From an uncultured Actinomycetota bacterium (GTDB lineage Bacteria; Actinomycetota; Actinomycetes; JACCUZ01): 64,000 bases of DNA. Location of the stretch: contig CAWBMM010000008.1 in assembly GCA_963789855.1 (NCBI GenBank), positions 14,005 to 78,004 on the forward strand. The letters run 5' to 3'. The position numbers and the translations under genes were made by a program. The notes beneath the pieces are model-generated. The model ran no database searches, had not been told where the DNA came from, and saw only the letters and a program-made list of their open reading frames with translations. Of the stretch, positions 37,189 through 48,498 are shown in pieces (position 1 is the first letter of the stretch; each line of letters begins with the position of its first letter).

Positions 37189-37257
37189 GAAGATCCACTG
37201 GACGCGGACGCACCAGTTCAGCGGCGTGTCCGGTGCGAAGGCGTCCAGTGGATCTTC
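37189..37257. repeat. 17-bp perfect inverted repeat (large stem-loop) between DUF3046 and the recA promoter region
   Basis: GAAGATCCACTGGACGC (37189-37205) is the exact reverse complement of GCGTCCAGTGGATCTTC (37241-37257). The 35-nt spacer holds a further pair, CGCACC (37208-37213) and GGTGCG (37232-37237). Confidence 0.85.
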
Positions 37258-37325
37258 GGACGCCGCCTCCTCGGTCGGTACGTCGGGACACCGGTCTCGG
37301 CGTGTCGGAACGCGGGTGCCCGGCA

Positions 37326-37341
37326 TCGAACAGGTGTTCGG
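37326..37341 (+). promoter_or_regulatory. LexA (SOS) box upstream of recA
   Basis: TCGAACAGGTGTTCGG against the actinobacterial consensus TCGAAC-N4-GTTCGA (one mismatch), about 140 nt upstream of the recA start. Confidence 0.7.
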
Positions 37342-37405
37342 TTACTGTCCACAGACGACGGAGGTTCCCGCAGTCCTCCACAGACTCGTCCGGCCCCGCA
37401 GGTCA

Positions 37406-37427
37406 TGTCCGGGGTCGGCTCTAGGTT
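37406..37427 (+). promoter_or_regulatory. Possible RecA-NDp/PafBC-type promoter motif upstream of recA
   Basis: TGTCCGGG-GTCGGCTC-TAGGTT against TGTCRGTG-N8-TANNNT. This is 6/8 in the upstream block, with the -10 pattern satisfied. Confidence 0.35.
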
Positions 37428-37479
37428 CGGACACGTGACAAAGAAGACGACCCGCCCCTCCTCCACCGGGATGGCAACA

Positions 37480-38526
<1,047 letters not shown>

Positions 38527-38618
38527 CGGTGGCGGTGGTCTGACGGTGGCAGGGGAGCGCGCCCGGCGCACCCGGGCCGGCCGGCCGTTCCCGGTCGGAC
38601 GGCCCGGGGTGCCGCAGG

Positions 38619-39224
38619 GTGCGCCGGCTGCGGCCGGGCGACCGACCTCGCCGGCCACGCCGACCGGCGGCGGCCGGGCCGACCCCGGGCAGCCTGGCCG
38701 ACCTGGGCCCGGAGCCGGACCCCGAGTCGGTGGCCCGCACGATCGTGCTCCGCCGGCTCACGGCGGCGCCGCGGTCCCGGGCCCAGCTGGCGGACGACCT
38801 GGCGGCCCGCGACGTCCCGGACGAGGTGGCCGAGCGGGTGCTCGACCGGTTCACCGAGGTGGGGCTGGTCGACGACGCGGCCTTCGCGGCCACCTGGGTC
38901 CGGTCCCGGCACGCCACCCGCGGGCTGTCCCGACGGGCGCTGAGCCACGAGCTGCGGTCCAAGGGCGTCGACGACGAGACGGTCGCCGCGGCGGTCGAGG
39001 AGATCGACGGCGACGCCGAGGAGGCCACCGCTCGCGCCCTGGTCGGTCGGCGGCTGGCGGCCACCCGCGGCCTGGCTCCCGAGGCACGGCTGCGACGGCT
39101 GGTCGGGCAGCTGGCCCGCAAGGGCTACCCGGGTGGCCTGGCCCTCCGGGTGGCCCGGGAGGCGCTCGCCGCCGAGCGGCCCGAACGGGACGAGTCGGAC
39201 ACGGGTTCCTTGACCGGTCTCTGA
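38619..39224 (+). CDS. recX: Recombination regulator RecX
   Basis: DPESVARTIVLRRLTAAPRSRAQLADDLAARDVPDEVAERVLDRFTEVGLVDDAAFAATWVRSR... shows the three-repeat RecX architecture directly after recA. The N-terminal boundary is uncertain. Confidence 0.85.
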   Translation: MRRLRPGDRPRRPRRPAAAGPTPGSLADLGPEPDPESVARTIVLRRLTAAPRSRAQLADDLAARDVPDEVAERVLDRFTEVGLVDDAAFAATWVRSRHATRGLSRRALSHELRSKGVDDETVAAAVEEIDGDAEEATARALVGRRLAATRGLAPEARLRRLVGQLARKGYPGGLALRVAREALAAERPERDESDTGSLTGL

Positions 39225-39322
39225 GCCGGTCGTAGCCTCCGAGGACGGGGTGCCCCGACGTCTACGTCCGGACGTCCGGACGAGCGGTCGGCCACGCGGC
39301 GACCGTCGGACTGGAGGCCACA

Positions 39323-40714
39323 GTGAACGTCGCCGTCCTGGTCATCCTCGTCGTTCTGCTCACCCTCGTCGTCGCGGTCGCCGCGGTCGCGGCCGTGCAG
39401 AGCAGGGCCCGGCGGTTGGATCTCGAGCGCCGCGAGGGCCGGATCGCCGAGCGCGAGCACCGGCTGGACGCCCAGCAGCAGCATGTCGAGGGGCAGTCCC
39501 GCGCCCTGGCCGACCAGCAGCTCGCGATGGCCGCCCGCCAGGCCGAGCTCGACCGGCTCGCCGCCGACCGGCAGCACGTGCTGGAGCAGGCCGCCGGGCT
39601 CACCGCCGAGCGGGCCCGCGCCGAGCTGGTGGCCGCCGTCGAGCAGGAGGCCAAGCGGGACGCCGGTCTGCTGGTGCGCGACATCGAGCAGACCGCCCAC
39701 CGGGAGGGCGAGCGGCGGGCCCGCGAGATCGTGGTCGGCGCGATCCAACGGCTGGCCACCGAGGCGACGACGGAGTCGGTCGTCTCGGTGCTGCAGCTGC
39801 CCTCCGACGACATGAAGGGCCGCATCATCGGCCGGGAGGGTCGCAACATCCGGGCGTTCGAGGCGGTCACCGGCGTCAACCTGATCATCGACGACACCCC
39901 GGAGGCCGTCCTGCTGTCCTGCTTCGACCCGGTCCGGCGCGAGGTCGGCCGGGCCACCCTGGAGGCGCTCGTGCTCGACGGGCGCATCCACCCGCAGCGC
40001 ATCGAGGACGCCTGCGCCAAGGCGCGCACCGAGGTCGAGGCACGCTGTCAGCGGGCCGCCGAGGAGGCCCTCGTCGAGGTCGACATCACCGAGATGCATC
40101 CCGAGCTGGTGATGCTGCTGGGCAAGCTGCGGTTCCGCACGTCGTACGGGCAGAACGTGCTCCGGCACGTGGTGGAGTCGGCGCACCTGGCCGGGCTGAT
40201 GGCCGCCGAGCTCGGGCTGGACCCGACCCTGCTGCGGCGGGCCGGGCTGCTGCACGACATCGGCAAGGCGCTGACCCACGAGTCGGAGGGGTCGCACGCG
40301 GCGGTCGGGGCCGACGTCGCCCGGCGCTGCGGGGAGCACGAGGACGTCGTGCACGCGATCGAGGCCCATCACCAGGAGGTCGAGCCGCGCACCCTCGAAG
40401 CGGTCCTCGTCCAGGCCGCCGACGCGATCAGCGGCGGCCGGCCGGGTGCCCGGCGCGAGTCGCTGGAGTCCTACGTGACCCGGTTGCAGCGGCTGGAGCG
40501 GCTGGCGGCCGGGCACGAGGGGGTCGAGAAGGTCTACGCGATGCAGGCCGGCCGCGAGGTGCGGGTGATGGTGCTGCCGGAGGCGGTCGACGACATCCAG
40601 GCGCAGGTGCTGGCCCGCGAGATCGTCAAGCAGATCGAGCACGAGCTGACCTACCCCGGCCAGATCAAGGTCACGGTGGTGCGCGAGTCGCGGGCGACCG
40701 AGGTGGCGCGCTGA
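39323..40714 (+). CDS. rny: Ribonuclease Y
   Basis: It has an N-terminal TM and a coiled coil. The KH domain is [34 protein letters not shown] and the HD domain is LLHDIGKAL...AIEAHH. GTG start at 39323. Confidence 0.92.
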   Translation: MNVAVLVILVVLLTLVVAVAAVAAVQSRARRLDLERREGRIAEREHRLDAQQQHVEGQSRALADQQLAMAARQAELDRLAADRQHVLEQAAGLTAERARAELVAAVEQEAKRDAGLLVRDIEQTAHREGERRAREIVVGAIQRLATEATTESVVSVLQLPSDDMKGRIIGREGRNIRAFEAVTGVNLIIDDTPEAVLLSCFDPVRREVGRATLEALVLDGRIHPQRIEDACAKARTEVEARCQRAAEEALVEVDITEMHPELVMLLGKLRFRTSYGQNVLRHVVESAHLAGLMAAELGLDPTLLRRAGLLHDIGKALTHESEGSHAAVGADVARRCGEHEDVVHAIEAHHQEVEPRTLEAVLVQAADAISGGRPGARRESLESYVTRLQRLERLAAGHEGVEKVYAMQAGREVRVMVLPEAVDDIQAQVLAREIVKQIEHELTYPGQIKVTVVRESRATEVAR

Positions 40715-40727
40715 GGTTGGTCACCCG

Positions 40728-41232
40728 GTGACCACCGACTGGCGGGCGCTCGCCGGCCGGGCGTTGCGCGCCGCCGGGCTGACCCGCACGACGCGCGCAC
40801 CGGCAGGTCGAGCCCGCCACCACGGCCACGGCGCGGCCACCACGGCCCCCACCGCGTCGCACGCCGGGCGGCGGGTCGACTACGCGCCCGACCTGGACGG
40901 CCGGGCGGACCCCGGCGAGATCGTCTGGACCTGGGTCGCCTACGAGGAGGACGCCAGCCAGGGCAAGGACCGCCCGGTGCTCGTCGTCGGTCGGGACGGC
41001 GCGCTGCTGCTCGGGCTGATGCTCTCCAGCCAGCACGACCGGGACGGCCAGCACGACTGGCTGGCGCCTGGGCACCGGCCCGTGGGACCGCGAGGGTCGG
41101 CCGAGCTGGGTCCGGCTGGACCGGGTGCTCACGATGCGCGAGGACGGCATCCGGCGCGAGGGGGCCGTGCTCGACCGGGCCCGGTTCGACGGGGTGGCTG
41201 CCGCGCTGCGGCGCGACCACGGCTGGCGCTGA
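40728..41232 (+). pseudogene. PemK/MazF-like family protein, one apparent frameshift
   Basis: [40 protein letters not shown] is in the frame of ORF 40728. The C-terminus [54 protein letters not shown]-stop (TGA 41230-41232) is in the next frame. The switch is near 41066. Confidence 0.6.
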
Positions 41233-41242
41233 CCGGCCTCGC

Positions 41243-41542
41243 TCAGCGCGGGCGACGGAACAGGAAGACCGCGACGAAGGTCGCGATGAACGCGCCGGAG
41301 CCACCGGAGCCGGCGCGCAGGAAGGGCAGCAGCGCGAACAGCACCCACACGCCGACGCCCGCCACCGCCCCGGCGATCAGGGCGGCCCGCAGCCGGGCGG
41401 TCAGACCGCCGGACGCCGGCTCGACCTCGCCGTGCGGCTGCACCGACCGCTGCACCGCGCCGGACGACCCGGTCCCGCTGATCATCGCCTCGGCCTCGGC
41501 GAGCAGCCGTTCGGTCTCGCTTCGCTCGTCACGACTGGCCAT
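41243..41542 (-). CDS. Small membrane protein (2 TM), hypothetical
   Basis: 99 aa. It has an acidic N-terminus, then [21 protein letters not shown] and [12 protein letters not shown]. Confidence 0.5.
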   Translation of the reverse strand: MASRDERSETERLLAEAEAMISGTGSSGAVQRSVQPHGEVEPASGGLTARLRAALIAGAVAGVGVWVLFALLPFLRAGSGGSGAFIATFVAVFLFRRPR

Positions 41543-41576
41543 GCCCCCATCCTGCCTCGCTTACCCTGGTGGCGCC

Positions 41577-43035
41577 ATGACGCTGCGCAGCTACCAGGTC
41601 CGCACCTTCGGGTGCCAGATGAACGTCCACGACTCCGAGCGGCTCTCCGGCCTGCTCGAGGCGGCGGGCTACGTCCGAGCCGACGAGGGCCACCAGGCGG
41701 ACGTCGTGGTCCTCAACACCTGCGCGGTCCGGGAGAACGCCGACAACAAGCTCTACGGCAACCTCGGGCACCTCGCGCCGGTGAAGAAGGCGCACCCCGG
41801 CATGCAGATCGCGGTCGGCGGCTGCCTGGCCCAGAAGGACCGCGGCGAGATCACCCGGCGGGCGCCCTGGGTCGACGTCGTGTTCGGCACGCACAACATC
41901 GGGTCGCTGCCCGTGCTGCTCGAGCGGGCCCGGCACAACGCGACGGCCCAGGTCGAGATCGTCGAGTCCCTCGAGGTCTTCCCGTCCACGCTGCCGACCC
42001 GGCGCGAGTCGCCGTACGCCGCCTGGGTGTCGATCAGCGTCGGCTGCAACAACACCTGCACGTTCTGCATCGTCCCGTCGCTGCGCGGCACCGAGAAGGA
42101 CCGGCGTCCCGGCGACGTGCTGGCCGAGGTCGAGGCGCTGGTGGCCGACGGCGTGCTCGAGGTCACGCTGCTCGGGCAGAACGTCAACTCCTACGGCGTG
42201 GAGTTCGGCGACCGGCTGGCGTTCGGCAAGCTGCTGCGCGCCTGCGGCGAGATCGACGGCCTCGAGCGGGTCCGCTTCACCAGCCCGCACCCCAAGGACT
42301 TCACCGACGACGTCATCGCCGCGATGGCCGAGACACCGAACGTCATGCACTCGCTGCACATGCCGCTGCAGTCCGGCTCGGACCGGGTGCTCAAGGCCAT
42401 GCGCCGCTCCTACCGCCAGGAGCGCTACCTCGGCATCATCGACCGGGTCCGGGCCGCGATGCCGGACGCCGCGATCACCACCGACATCATCGTCGGCTTC
42501 CCCGGCGAGACCGACGACGACTTCGAGCAGACGCTGGAGGTCGTCGCGCCGGGCCAGGTTCGCCGGCGCCTTCACCTTCCAGTACTCCAAGCGGCCCGGC
42601 ACGCCGGCCGCAGAGCTGCCCGACCAGCTGCCGAAGGCTGTCGTGCAGGAGCGCTACGAGCGGCTGCGTGGCGGTGCAGGAGGACATCTCCTGGGCCGAG
42701 AACACGCGCCAGGTCGGCCGGGACCGTCGACGTGCTGGTCGCCGAGGGAGAGGGGCGCAAGGACGGCGCCACCCACCGGCTGTCCGGTCGGGCCCCCGAC
42801 AACCGGCTGGTGCACTTCGCCGTGCCGGCGGACGCCGTGCCGCCCCGGCCGGGCGACGTCGCCACCGTCGAGGTCACCTACGCCGCGCCGCACCACCTGG
42901 TCGCCGACGGCAGCTACGGCGGAGTCCGGGCCACCCGGGCCGGTGACGCCTGGGCGGCCCGCCAGGCGGGCGGCGCCCGGGCTCCCGGGCGTGCTGCTCG
43001 GCATGCCGACGGTCGGCGCTCCCGCGGGCCGCTAG
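41577..43035 (+). pseudogene. miaB: tRNA-2-methylthio-N6-dimethylallyladenosine synthase MiaB, about 4 frameshifts in the 3' third
   Basis: The gene reads [21 protein letters not shown]..., with the radical-SAM motif [11 protein letters not shown], and is intact to about 42548. After that, [71 protein letters not shown]...[12 protein letters not shown] and [15 protein letters not shown]-stop lie in alternating frames. The switches are near 42550, 42668, 42721 and about 42965. Confidence 0.9.
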
Positions 43036-43068
43036 GCGCGGGAGCTGCTCAGCCGGCCGACGTCGGAC

Positions 43069-43884
43069 TCAGCCGTCCGACACCGCGGCGTCTCCGCCGT
43101 CCGGCGACACGGGCTCGGTGTCGTCGCCGTCGGAGCCCCCGTCCGACGAGCCGCCGCTGCCGTCGTCCGAGCCGTCGTCGACGCTGTCGTCGCCGCCGGC
43201 GGGGTCGGGCTGGCCTCGTCGGCGTCAGTGCCGGTGATCGTGGCGTCGTCGGCCCCGCCCCGTCCGGTGCGCCGGGCGGACCGGACGCCGGCGGTGCGGT
43301 CGCCGCCGCGGTCGGTGCTGCGCTGGCTCTGCGGCACCGGACCGCTGTGGCCGGACGTCGTCGTCGGGGCCGCTGCCCCGGGCTGCACCGTCTGCGCCGT
43401 GCCGCGCGCGGCTCCGTGGGTGGCGCGCGGTCCGCTGTGGCGTCGTGTGGTCGCCGAGGTGCCCGCGACCCTCGTGCCCGTCGTCGACCCGGGGGGCCTG
43501 GCTCGACGCCGGCGACTCGTCGATCGGCGTGACGACCACGTCGTCGCCGGACGGCATCGACGCGAGCACGGCCGCCAGGCCCAGGACGGCGGCGGCGCAG
43601 GCCGCGCCGATCGCGCGCCGCAGGGCTGTCCGCCGAGGCCTCGACGCGGTCGCCGGGCCTCGGGTTGCCGGACCCCCGCGGCCGAGCTCGACCACGGGAT
43701 GTGCGGCACCGACCGGTGCCGGCGGCTCGTCGCCGGCCAGCAGCGTCGCGAGCGCGGCGGTCGGCAACGGTGCGGCCTCCGGAGCGCGCAGCGGCGCCAG
43801 CAGCCCGGCCAGCAGCCGGTCGGCCTGGTCGCCGCGGCGCAGCGCCGTCAGCAGGTCGCCGTCGTAGCTCCGGTCGCCGCTCAT
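43069..43884 (-). pseudogene. Putative anti-sigma factor (one TM, disordered and acidic extracytoplasmic tail), at least 2 frameshifts
   Basis: ATG 43884 overlaps the sigma stop (ATGA). The TM is AIGAACAAAVLGLAAVLA. The downstream part continues in another frame. The final 40 codons ([40 protein letters not shown]-stop at 43069) follow an in-frame stop at 43225. Confidence 0.45.
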
Positions 43885-44456
43885 CTCGGCAGGGCAATCG
43901 TCGCGGCGGCGTCCCGGGATACGGGCGCCGGCTGGTCCAGGGTGCGCCGCAGCGCGGCGAGCGCGCGGTGCTGCAGTGACTTCACGGCGCCCACCGGCTT
44001 GGCCAGGACCGCGGCGGTCTCCTCGAGGCTGAGGTCGGCGACGATCCGCAGCAGCAGCACCGACCGCTGATCGACGGACAGCGTCGCCAGCAGCTCGTGC
44101 ACCGTCTCGTCGCCCAGCCTGGCCAGCGCGTCGTCCTCGGCGCTTTGGTGCAGGCGGCCGTCGTCCAGGCTGTCGGTCGGGACCTCGCGGGCGGCGACCG
44201 ACCGGCGTACGGCGTCGACGCCCTTGTGGTGGGCGATGGTGAAGACCCAGGACCGGAAGGCGCGGCCGTCGCCGTCGAAGCCGGTCACGCCGCCGAAGGC
44301 GGCCAGGAACACCTCGGACGTCGCGTCCTCGGCGTCTCGGGCCCCGCGGCCCCGGAGGTAGGCGTGCACGGGGGGCGCCAGCTGCTCCCAGAGCCGGCCG
44401 AACGCCCAGCTGCCGCCCGCGCGGGCGGCGTCGACGAGCATGTCGAGCTCGTCCAC
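43881..44456 (-). CDS. ECF-family RNA polymerase sigma-70 factor
   Basis: Region 2 is ATSEVFLAAFGG...WVFTIAHHKGVDAVR and region 4 is QRSVLLLRIVADLSLEETAAVLAKPVGAVKSLQHRALAALR. GTG 44456 is preceded by GAGGAGG at 5 nt. The ORF track extends to 44516. Confidence 0.85.
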   Translation of the reverse strand: MDELDMLVDAARAGGSWAFGRLWEQLAPPVHAYLRGRGARDAEDATSEVFLAAFGGVTGFDGDGRAFRSWVFTIAHHKGVDAVRRSVAAREVPTDSLDDGRLHQSAEDDALARLGDETVHELLATLSVDQRSVLLLRIVADLSLEETAAVLAKPVGAVKSLQHRALAALRRTLDQPAPVSRDAAATIALPR

Positions 44457-44609
44457 GCGCGCCTCCTCGCCCCAGCGTCCGGCCCCGCACATGGATCGAC
44501 CGTCTTCGGCGACCACTTGAGCCGAGGGTGCCGGTGCGCGGGTTAACGCGGCGCTAAGGGCGTCCTGCGGCGATGGTCACTCGGGCCGGGCGATGGCTAC
44601 CGTGACCGG

Positions 44610-45312
44610 GTGCTCGTGGCCGCGACGGTCTGCCCGCACCCGCCGCTGCTCGTGCCGGGTGCGGGTGCCGGCGCCAGCGACGAGCTGGCCGGGCTGCGGG
44701 CGGCCTGCGCCGCGGCGGTCGACGATCTGCTCGCCAGCGAGCCGTCGCTGGTGGTGGTGGTGGGCGGCGCACCGGCGGTCGGGCCGTTCCCGGAAGGCGC
44801 CTGGGGGAGCCTGGCGGCGTACGGCGTGCGGGTGCCGGCCGGAGCGGGCGAGGGCCCGGCGACGCTGCCGCTCGCGCTGACCATCGGGCGGTGGCTGCTG
44901 GACCGGGCCGGCGAGGGAGCGGCGCCGGTGCTGCTGTTCGGGGTCGAGGCGGACGCCGGCACCGACCGGTGCCTGGCGCTGGGGGAGGCGCTGGCGGCCA
45001 GGAGCGACCGGGTGGCGATGCTGGCGATGGGCGACGGCAGCGCCCGGCGCAGCGTCAAGGGGCCGGCCGGGCTGCACCCGGACGCCGAGGCGTTCGACGC
45101 CGAGGTCGCGGCCGCGCTCGCGGACCGGCGACGTGGCCGGGCTCGCCGCGCTGTCCCCGGACCGGGCCGGCGAGCTGCTGGCGGCCGGACGCGCCCCGTG
45201 GCAGGTGCTGGCCGGAGCCGCCCGTGGCCGTTCCTGGCAGGGGTCCGTGACCTGGACCGGGGCGCCGTACGGCGTGACCTACCTGGTCGCCGGCTGGGCG
45301 CCGGCTGGGTGA
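44610..45312 (+). pseudogene. Class III extradiol dioxygenase subunit B-like (LigB/Memo-like) domain protein, one apparent frameshift
   Basis: The N-terminus VLVAATVCPHPPLLVP is in the frame of ORF 44610. The C-terminus DVAGLAALSPDRAGELLAAGRAPWQVLAGAARGRSWQGSVTWTGAPYGVTYLVAGWAPAG-stop (TGA 45310-45312) is in another frame. The switch is near 45128. Confidence 0.55.
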
Positions 45313-45321
45313 GAACCGCGG

Positions 45322-45546
45322 TCAGGGCCTGCTGGCCGGGCCGTTCGGGATGTCGTCGTCCTTGCCGTCGAGCTTGTCCAGCGCGTCCTTCGTCTTGTCG
45401 ACGCCGGTGTTGATCTGGCTCGAGTGCTTGCCGCCGGTCTTCTTGTCCGCGACGTCAGCGGCCTTGTCCAGGCCCTGTGCGATCTTGTCGCCGTGCTGAT
45501 CGACCGCTGCGGTGGCCTGCTTCTTGAACTTGTCGAATATCCCCAT
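45322..45546 (-). CDS. Small MT0933/Rv0909-like ('antitoxin' family) protein
   Basis: MGIFDKFKKQATAAVDQHGDKIAQGLDKAADVADKKTGGKHSSQINTGVDKTKDALDKL matches the remembered pattern of this small-protein family. The ATG is at 45546. Confidence 0.6.
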   Translation of the reverse strand: MGIFDKFKKQATAAVDQHGDKIAQGLDKAADVADKKTGGKHSSQINTGVDKTKDALDKLDGKDDDIPNGPASRP

Positions 45547-45596
45547 ACCGGCACGGTAGACCCGCATCGGCCGATGATGGGCGAGACTCACCCACC

Positions 45597-46526
45597 GTGA
45601 TCACCGAACCCGGCCGGCCGGCGGTGCTGGCCGTCGTCGGCGCCACCGCGGTCGGCAAGAGCGACCTGGCCATCGCGCTGGCCCGGCAGCTCGGCGGCGA
45701 GGTCGTGAACGCCGACTCGATGCAGCTCTACCGCGGCATGGACGTCGGCACCGCGAAGCTGCCCGTGTCGGAGCGGGCCGGCGTGCCGCACCACCTGCTC
45801 GACCTGTGGAACGTGCGGGTCGAGGCCAACGTCGCCGACTACCAGCGGCTGGCCCGGGCCTGCATCGCCGGCGTGCGGGACCGCGGGCGGCTGCCCGTCC
45901 TGGTCGGCGGCTCGGGGCTGTACGTGCGGGCGGCTCTCGACCACCTCGACTTTCCCGGGACCGATCCCGAGGTCCGGGCCCGGCTCGAGGCCGAGCTCGC
46001 GGCCGAGGGTGCCGGCGCGCTGCACCGCCGGCTGGCCGCCGTCGACCCGGTGGCCGCGGCGAGCATCCTCCCGAGCAACGGCCGCCGCCTGGTCCGCGCG
46101 CTGGAGGTCGTCGAGCTCACCGGCCGGCCGTTCGCGGCGACCCTGCCCGACCACCGGTACGCCGTGCCGGCCGTGCAGCTCGGCCTGACCCTGCCCCGGC
46201 CGGTGCTCGACGCCCGGATCGAGGCCCGGGTCGACCGGATGTGGCAGCACGGCCTGGTCGAGGAGGTACGCCGGCTGGCGGGTCACGGCCTGCGCGACGG
46301 CCGGACGGCGTCCCGGGCGCTCGGCTACGCCCAGGTGCTGCGGTTCCTCGACGGGGAGCTCACCGAGCGCGAGGCGCGCGACGACACGGTCCGCGCCACC
46401 CGGCGGTTCGCCCGGCGGCAGGAGTCGTGGTTCCGCCGCGACCCGCGGGTCCGCTGGCTGGACGCCGCCGACCCGGAGCTGCCGGCACGGGCGGTGTCGA
46501 TCGTGGGCGAGATGTCCGGTTCCTGA
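45597..46526 (+). CDS. miaA: tRNA dimethylallyltransferase MiaA
   Basis: P-loop VVGATAVGKSDLAI, then ADSMQLYRGMDVGTAK and HHLLD. 309 aa and intact. Confidence 0.92.
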   Translation: MITEPGRPAVLAVVGATAVGKSDLAIALARQLGGEVVNADSMQLYRGMDVGTAKLPVSERAGVPHHLLDLWNVRVEANVADYQRLARACIAGVRDRGRLPVLVGGSGLYVRAALDHLDFPGTDPEVRARLEAELAAEGAGALHRRLAAVDPVAAASILPSNGRRLVRALEVVELTGRPFAATLPDHRYAVPAVQLGLTLPRPVLDARIEARVDRMWQHGLVEEVRRLAGHGLRDGRTASRALGYAQVLRFLDGELTEREARDDTVRATRRFARRQESWFRRDPRVRWLDAADPELPARAVSIVGEMSGS

Positions 46527-46581
46527 CCGACATCCGCGGGTAGGCGGCTGCCGTCCTCGACCGTCCACCGGAGGTGTCCGC

Positions 46582-48394
46582 ATGACCGTGACCACCTGGC
46601 GCCCGTTGCTGGCCGCCGCCACCGCGCTCGTCGTGCCGGCCGCGCTGCTCGGCAGCGGCCCCGCCGCGCATGCCGCGAACACCGCGGACCGGGCGACCGG
46701 CAAGCAGCCGACCGCGATCGGGCGCGGGGGAGCGGTGACCAGCGTCGACCCGGAGGCGACCCGGGTCGGGCTGCGGGTGCTGCGGCGCGGCGGCAACGCG
46801 GTCGATGCGGCGGTGGCCGCCGCCGCCACGCTGGGGGTCACCGAGCCCTACTCCACCGGCATCGGCGGCGGTGGCTTCTTCGTGTTCTACGACGCCAAGG
46901 CGAAGAAGGTCCGGACCATCGACGGCCGGGAGACCGCGCCGAGCGCCACCACTGCCGACACCTACCGCGGCCTCACCTTCGACGAGGCGGTCAACAGCGG
47001 CCTGTCGGTGGGCGTGCCCGGCACCCCTGCGACCTGGGTCACGGCGCTGCGCCGCTGGGGCACCCGCTCGCTCGCGAGCTCGCTCGCGCCGGCCGCCGCG
47101 GTGGCCCGTCGCGGCTTCGTCGTCGACCAGACCTTCCACGACCAGACCGCCGCGAACGCCGCGCGGTTCGCCGACATCCTGCCGACCCGCAGGCTGTTCC
47201 TCCCCGGCGGTCAGCCGCCTGCCGTGGGGTCGATCTTCCGCAACCCGGCGCTGGCCCGCACCTACGACCGGCTGGGGCGCAAGGGCGTCCGGTGGCTGTA
47301 CGCCGGCCGGCTCGGCCGCGAGATCGTCCGCACCGTCCGGACGCCACCGAAGGACCCGGCCTCGACCCGGAACGTCCGTCCCGGCCTGCTCACAGCCGCT
47401 GACCTCGCGGGGTACCGCGCGGTCCGCCGCGAGCCGACGAGCGTGCGCTACCGGGGCGTGCGGGTCTGGGGCATGCCGCCGCCCTCGAGCGGCGGGTCGA
47501 CCATCGGCGAGGCGCTGAACATCCTCGAGGGGGTCGACCTCGGTGCCGTGTTCCGGGCCGACCCGAACCGGGCCTTGCACGACTACTTCGAGGCGAGCGC
47601 GCTCGCGTACGCCGACCGCGGCGCCTACGTCGGGGACCCGCGGGCGATGCAACCGGGCGTCCTCCGACAGCTGCTCTCGCAGCCGTTCGCCGACGAGCGG
47701 TTCTGCCGCCTGGACCAGACCACGGCCGCCGTCAAGCCGGTGCCGGCCGGGACGCCGGACGGCAGCTACGACACGAACTGCGACGACATCCCGGACGGCG
47801 ACCGTCGCGGCGCCGGACCACGAGGGCCTGTCCACCTCGCACCTCACGGTCGCCGACCGGTGGGGCAACATCGTCACCTACACGCTGACCATCGAGCAGA
47901 CCGGTGGCAGCGCCCTCACCGTTCCGGGCCGCGGCTTCCTGCTCAACAACGAGCTGACCGACTTCGACCTGGCGCCCACCTCGGCCACCGCGCCGAACGC
48001 CCCCGGCCCCGGCAAGCGGCCCCGGTCCTCGATGTCGCCGACCATCGTCACCGACCACGGCCGCCCGATCCTGGCCACCGGCTCGCCGGGCGGCTCGACG
48101 ATCATCACCACGGTGCTCCAGGTGCTGCTGAACCGGCTCGACTTCGGCATGTCGCTGCCGCAGGCCGTCGCCGCCCCGCGGGCCAGCCAGCGCAACACCG
48201 CCGACGTCCAGGCCGAGCCGGCGTTCGACCGCTCCGGTCTGACGGCGTACGGGCACACCTTCGTGGCACCGCCCGACCCGCCCGAGATCGGCGCCGTCAC
48301 CGGCATCGAGCTGCGTCCCGGCGGCCGGCTGATCGCGGTCGCCGAGCCGGTGCGGCGGGGCGGTGGGGACGCGCGGGTGGTCCGGCCGCGCTGA
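46582..48394 (+). pseudogene. ggt: Gamma-glutamyltransferase, one apparent frameshift
   Basis: A signal peptide is followed by AVTSVDPEATRVGLRVLRRGGNAVDAAVA and GIGGGGFFVFYD. After about 47800 the protein continues in the frame of ORF 47543-48394 (STSHLTVADRWGNIVTYTLTIEQTGGS...MSPTIV...GSPGGSTIITTVLQ). Confidence 0.88.
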
Positions 48395-48498
48395 CGGCGT
48401 CCGCACCCTGCGGATCCCGAACCCGCGGTCGCGGCGCCGCGCCGGTGTTAGCGTGACCGCGGCTCGGCCGGCGAGTCTCTCCGGGGATCGGTGCTGCG

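Noticed and set aside
40728-43532. 934-aa ORF spanning PemK-like, miaB and beyond
   Set aside because: It is a chance concatenation. The frame happens to stay open across the intergenic region, across the antisense of the small membrane gene, and across parts of miaB. miaB has its own ATG at 41577.
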